DNA of 50,468 nucleotides from a virus, in IMG/VR virus record IMGVR_UViG_3300029867_000006, positions 1 through 50,468 of that record. One strand, written 5' to 3'. The notes beneath the pieces were generated by a model. That model did no database searches. It saw only the letters and a list, made by a program, of their open reading frames with translations, and was not told where the DNA came from. The translations under genes were made by a program, and so were the position numbers. Position 1 is the stretch's first letter, and the number at the start of each line of letters is the position of its first letter. Shown here in pieces: positions 49,031 through 50,468 of this stretch.

Positions 49031-50468
49031 GCGCTATTGAATGCCTTGATGCTGTACAGGCTGCGGCGGGTAGAGAATTAACAGACGAAGAGTTGGACGA
49101 TATATTCTCACACCTTGAGGATGTTAAAAAATCACGTGCCGCGACCAATAAGCTCACCACCCTAGAGGAAGATCTGCTAAATGCGGCTGATGAGTATGGG
49201 CGTAATGTGGTTGAGTCCGCTGAAATTGAAGCCCGCAACGCGCTGATTAACATCAAAGTACGCCACGATCTAATGAGTTTCGCTGATAAGGTAAATACAG
49301 CCACAGGCGATCCGTCTTTAGCTCTTGAGGCTCGTATGGTTGGGATTAATAACCCAATAGCTACCGGGCGGCAAAGCGTTGATTCTCGCACAATGTCCTT
49401 ACATGGGCAGTATATGGGCGGGCTGATTGCGGATCTACGCAAAGACAATATGCTAAGCCTCTTTGATAGCCGGACGCTTGAACGCGAGATAGCGGCTGAG
49501 TTGGCGGAAATCTCTAAAAAGAATGGTAATGTCGGTATTTCTGGTAGTGGTGAGGCGCTTAAGATTGCCCACATTATGGACAAATACCGCAAGGCAGCAC
49601 TTGCTAGGGAAAACCGGGCGGGCGCATGGATTAAACCTCTTGAGGGGTACATCACACGGCAAAACCATGATCCGATTAGAATGCGTAGGGATGGGTTCGA
49701 GAAGTGGCGCGATACTGTTTTACCCCTATTGGACACAAAGAAATCCTTTGAGGGTGGAGATATTGAGAAGGCGTTGCGTGCTGCTTATGACGGGCTTGTC
49801 ACTGGCAACCACCTAAAGGCTCACGGTGGTGCTGAGAACGATTTGAAACTGGCCTTTAAAGGCTCTGGCAATCTGGCTAAACGTCTAAGCCAAAGCCGGG
49901 TGCTACACTTTAAGGACTCCAATGCGTGGATAGATTACAATGAAGTTTATGGGCGTAGCTCTATGTCTGAGGCTTTTATCTCCGACTTAGGCCGCGCCGC
50001 TCAAAACACCGCGCTAATGGAGACATTTGGCACAAACCCTAAGGCTATGTTTGACACGGTACGCGATGAGTTGAAAGCTAAGTATCGTGGGGACACAAAG
50101 AAATTCGACCGACTAGACCAGCAACGGCTTGAAAACCAATTTAAAGAGGTTGATGGAACAACGCGCATTCCCGGCAATCCAACAGGCGCGATGATTTCTG
50201 GCAACATACGATCAATCCAGTCTATGGCGAAGCTTGGCGGGGCCTTTCTTTCCAGCCTATCTGATATTGGGTTTGGTGTTGGTGAGCGCCGCTATCAAGG
50301 CAAGAGCCTGTTGTCCTCATGGGGTGGCACTCTATCTGGTGTACTCGAAGGCATGGCACCCGGAGACGCTCGGAGAACCGCTGATTTAATTGGTGTTGGG
50401 CTGGATATGCAGCTCGGAGATATTGGACGGCGCTGGAATCCTGACGGTGGGGCTACTGGCAAAATAGC
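49027..50468 (+). CDS. N-terminal part of the large (about 823 aa) internal virion / ejection-type protein; continues at 1..1149
   Basis: ATG 49027 in an ATGA overlap. Open to the window end with no stop. In frame with 1..1149 through the terminal repeat. Confidence 0.65.
   Translation, partial: MSAIECLDAVQAAAGRELTDEELDDIFSHLEDVKKSRAATNKLTTLEEDLLNAADEYGRNVVESAEIEARNALINIKVRHDLMSFADKVNTATGDPSLALEARMVGINNPIATGRQSVDSRTMSLHGQYMGGLIADLRKDNMLSLFDSRTLEREIAAELAEISKKNGNVGISGSGEALKIAHIMDKYRKAALARENRAGAWIKPLEGYITRQNHDPIRMRRDGFEKWRDTVLPLLDTKKSFEGGDIEKALRAAYDGLVTGNHLKAHGGAENDLKLAFKGSGNLAKRLSQSRVLHFKDSNAWIDYNEVYGRSSMSEAFISDLGRAAQNTALMETFGTNPKAMFDTVRDELKAKYRGDTKKFDRLDQQRLENQFKEVDGTTRIPGNPTGAMISGNIRSIQSMAKLGGAFLSSLSDIGFGVGERRYQGKSLLSSWGGTLSGVLEGMAPGDARRTADLIGVGLDMQLGDIGRRWNPDGGATGKI
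50350..50468. repeat. Terminal direct repeat, second copy of 1-119
   Basis: Identical over 119 nt. Confidence 0.9.

Noticed and set aside
48954-49736. 260-aa ORF on the minus strand
   Set aside because: It is antisense to the membrane protein and the large virion protein genes inside a unidirectional late operon. It is Ser/Arg/Leu-rich, typical of shadow frames.

Overview
The window is one complete, circularly closed (or terminally redundant) dsDNA phage genome. Bases 1-119 repeat at 50350-50468, giving a unit length of 50349 bp. There are three transcription blocks. (1) A + strand morphogenesis and lysis block runs from about 34.2 kb across the junction to about 6.9 kb. It carries terS-like, terL, portal, scaffold and capsid genes, T7-type tubular-tail-like genes, a small and three large internal virion proteins, three fiber genes, a DUF5675-like endolysin candidate, holin, i-spanin and o-spanin. 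(2) A - strand early block runs from 20.04 kb down to about 7.2 kb. It carries SSB, ERF recombinase, two HNH endonucleases, a GapR-like protein, a secreted LapG/BTLCP-like protease, a Lar-like protein and many small ORFs. (3) A + strand early/middle block runs from 20.19 to 34.1 kb. It carries an HTH regulator, a beta-class CcrM-like methyltransferase, a DUF1064 nuclease, a DnaA domain-IV-only protein, a DUF1376 replication protein and many small ORFs. I saw no canonical tRNA, rRNA, CRISPR array, integrase or polymerase. The gene content suggests an alphaproteobacterial host (inference). The points most worth a second look are: a conserved C-terminal peptide module cut off from two adjacent genes by a stop codon or a frame change; a 572-nt non-coding locus with two promoters and a 13-bp long-range helix; a tRNA-like cloverleaf in an mRNA leader; a GNAT-like ORF with no canonical start sitting +1 to the tail gene stop; and recurrent identical gene-junction and promoter-leader repeats. 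All family names are recognised from memory and need HMM or BLAST confirmation.
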